From NCBI GenBank assembly GCA_963726345.1, contig CAVSCC010000011.1:55605-119604 (forward strand): a stretch of DNA of 64,000 nucleotides, read 5' to 3'. Of the stretch, positions 63,545-64,000 are shown in pieces. The notes below the pieces were generated by a model. It saw only the letters and a program-made list of their open reading frames with translations. It did not search any database and was not told the DNA's origin. The translations under genes and the position numbers were made by a program. This DNA comes from an uncultured Coriobacteriia bacterium (GTDB taxonomy: Bacteria > Actinomycetota > Coriobacteriia > Anaerosomatales > JAAXUF01). How positions within the stretch are numbered: the first letter of the stretch is position 1; the number at the start of each line of letters is the position of its first letter.

Positions 63545-64000
63545 CGAGCGGTTCCTCCTTCGTCGGCGAGTCTGCCGAAGTTGGCGAGCAGCTTGAGGCC
63601 CGCGGTCGATGACTTCTCGGGATGGAACTGCACGGCGTAGATGTTGCCCGCCTGAACCGCCGAGACGAACCGTACGCCGTACTCGGTGGAACCGACTGCG
63701 ACGGCGCTCTCGCGCGGCACGAGCCGGTAGCTGTGGACGAAGTAGAACGCGGTCGACTCGGGGATCCCGTCGAAGAGCGGGCTGTCGCGCGGGTACTCGA
63801 CGGTGTTCCAGCCGATGTGCGGGATCTTCACGCCGCCGGGAAGCCGCTCGCAGGTGCCGGGGACGAGTCCGAGACCGGCCCACTCGCCGTCCTCGAGCCC
63901 GATGTCGGCAAGCAGCTGCATGCCGAGGCAGATGCCGAGGAAGGGCCTGCCGGCCCCGATGGCGTGGCGCATCGCTTCTTCGACGCCGCTGGCCTTGAGG
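63541..64000 (-). CDS. hisH: Imidazole glycerol phosphate synthase glutaminase subunit, C-terminal part (5' end beyond the window)
   Basis: PFLGICLGMQLL..., HIGWN and VQFHPEKSS are class-I amidotransferase motifs. Confidence 0.9.
   Translation of the reverse strand, partial: LKASGVEEAMRHAIGAGRPFLGICLGMQLLADIGLEDGEWAGLGLVPGTCERLPGGVKIPHIGWNTVEYPRDSPLFDGIPESTAFYFVHSYRLVPRESAVAVGSTEYGVRFVSAVQAGNIYAVQFHPEKSSTAGLKLLANFGRLADEGGTAR

Overview
High-GC (about two-thirds G+C by eye) actinobacterial-type chromosomal segment, almost entirely housekeeping. I saw no transposase, integrase, phage, CRISPR or recognisable defence genes. Gene content, left to right: rapZ (5' end only), a NodB deacetylase, uvrC, uvrA | amt-glnK-glnD | PduO-type adenosyltransferase, larE | UbiB-like kinase, ArsR + P1B metal ATPase | uvrB, SLT transglycosylase, coaE, rpsA, polA | a nitrogen island (GlnR-like regulator, glnA, split archaeal-type glutamate synthase GltB3/GltB2/GltB1 behind an HdrB-HdrC fusion, a second FMN GltS-like gene, divergent second glnA) | LysE exporter, pdtaR/pdtaS, tRNA-Leu(CAA), MFS, UvrD-like helicase | Zn-ADH, LsrF-like aldolase, pfkA, accA, accD, class-I FBA, GNAT, nadE, tspO | NlpC/P60 | trpE-G-D-C-B2-F-B-A behind a T-box leader | small zinc-ribbon ORF | hisH-A-F-(membrane protein)-I-E. 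Most interesting observations: (1) the HdrBC-led split GOGAT operon bracketed by two GS paralogues; (2) a GAAAC-N6-GAAAC direct repeat in all four nitrogen-gene intergenic regions, next to a GlnR-like regulator; (3) a Trp T-box with terminator in front of a trp operon that carries both trpB1 and trpB2; (4) about 40 clustered frameshifts in otherwise well-conserved genes, most likely assembly indels. Genes whose frame is broken in the sequence as given are typed pseudogene, but most are probably intact in vivo.
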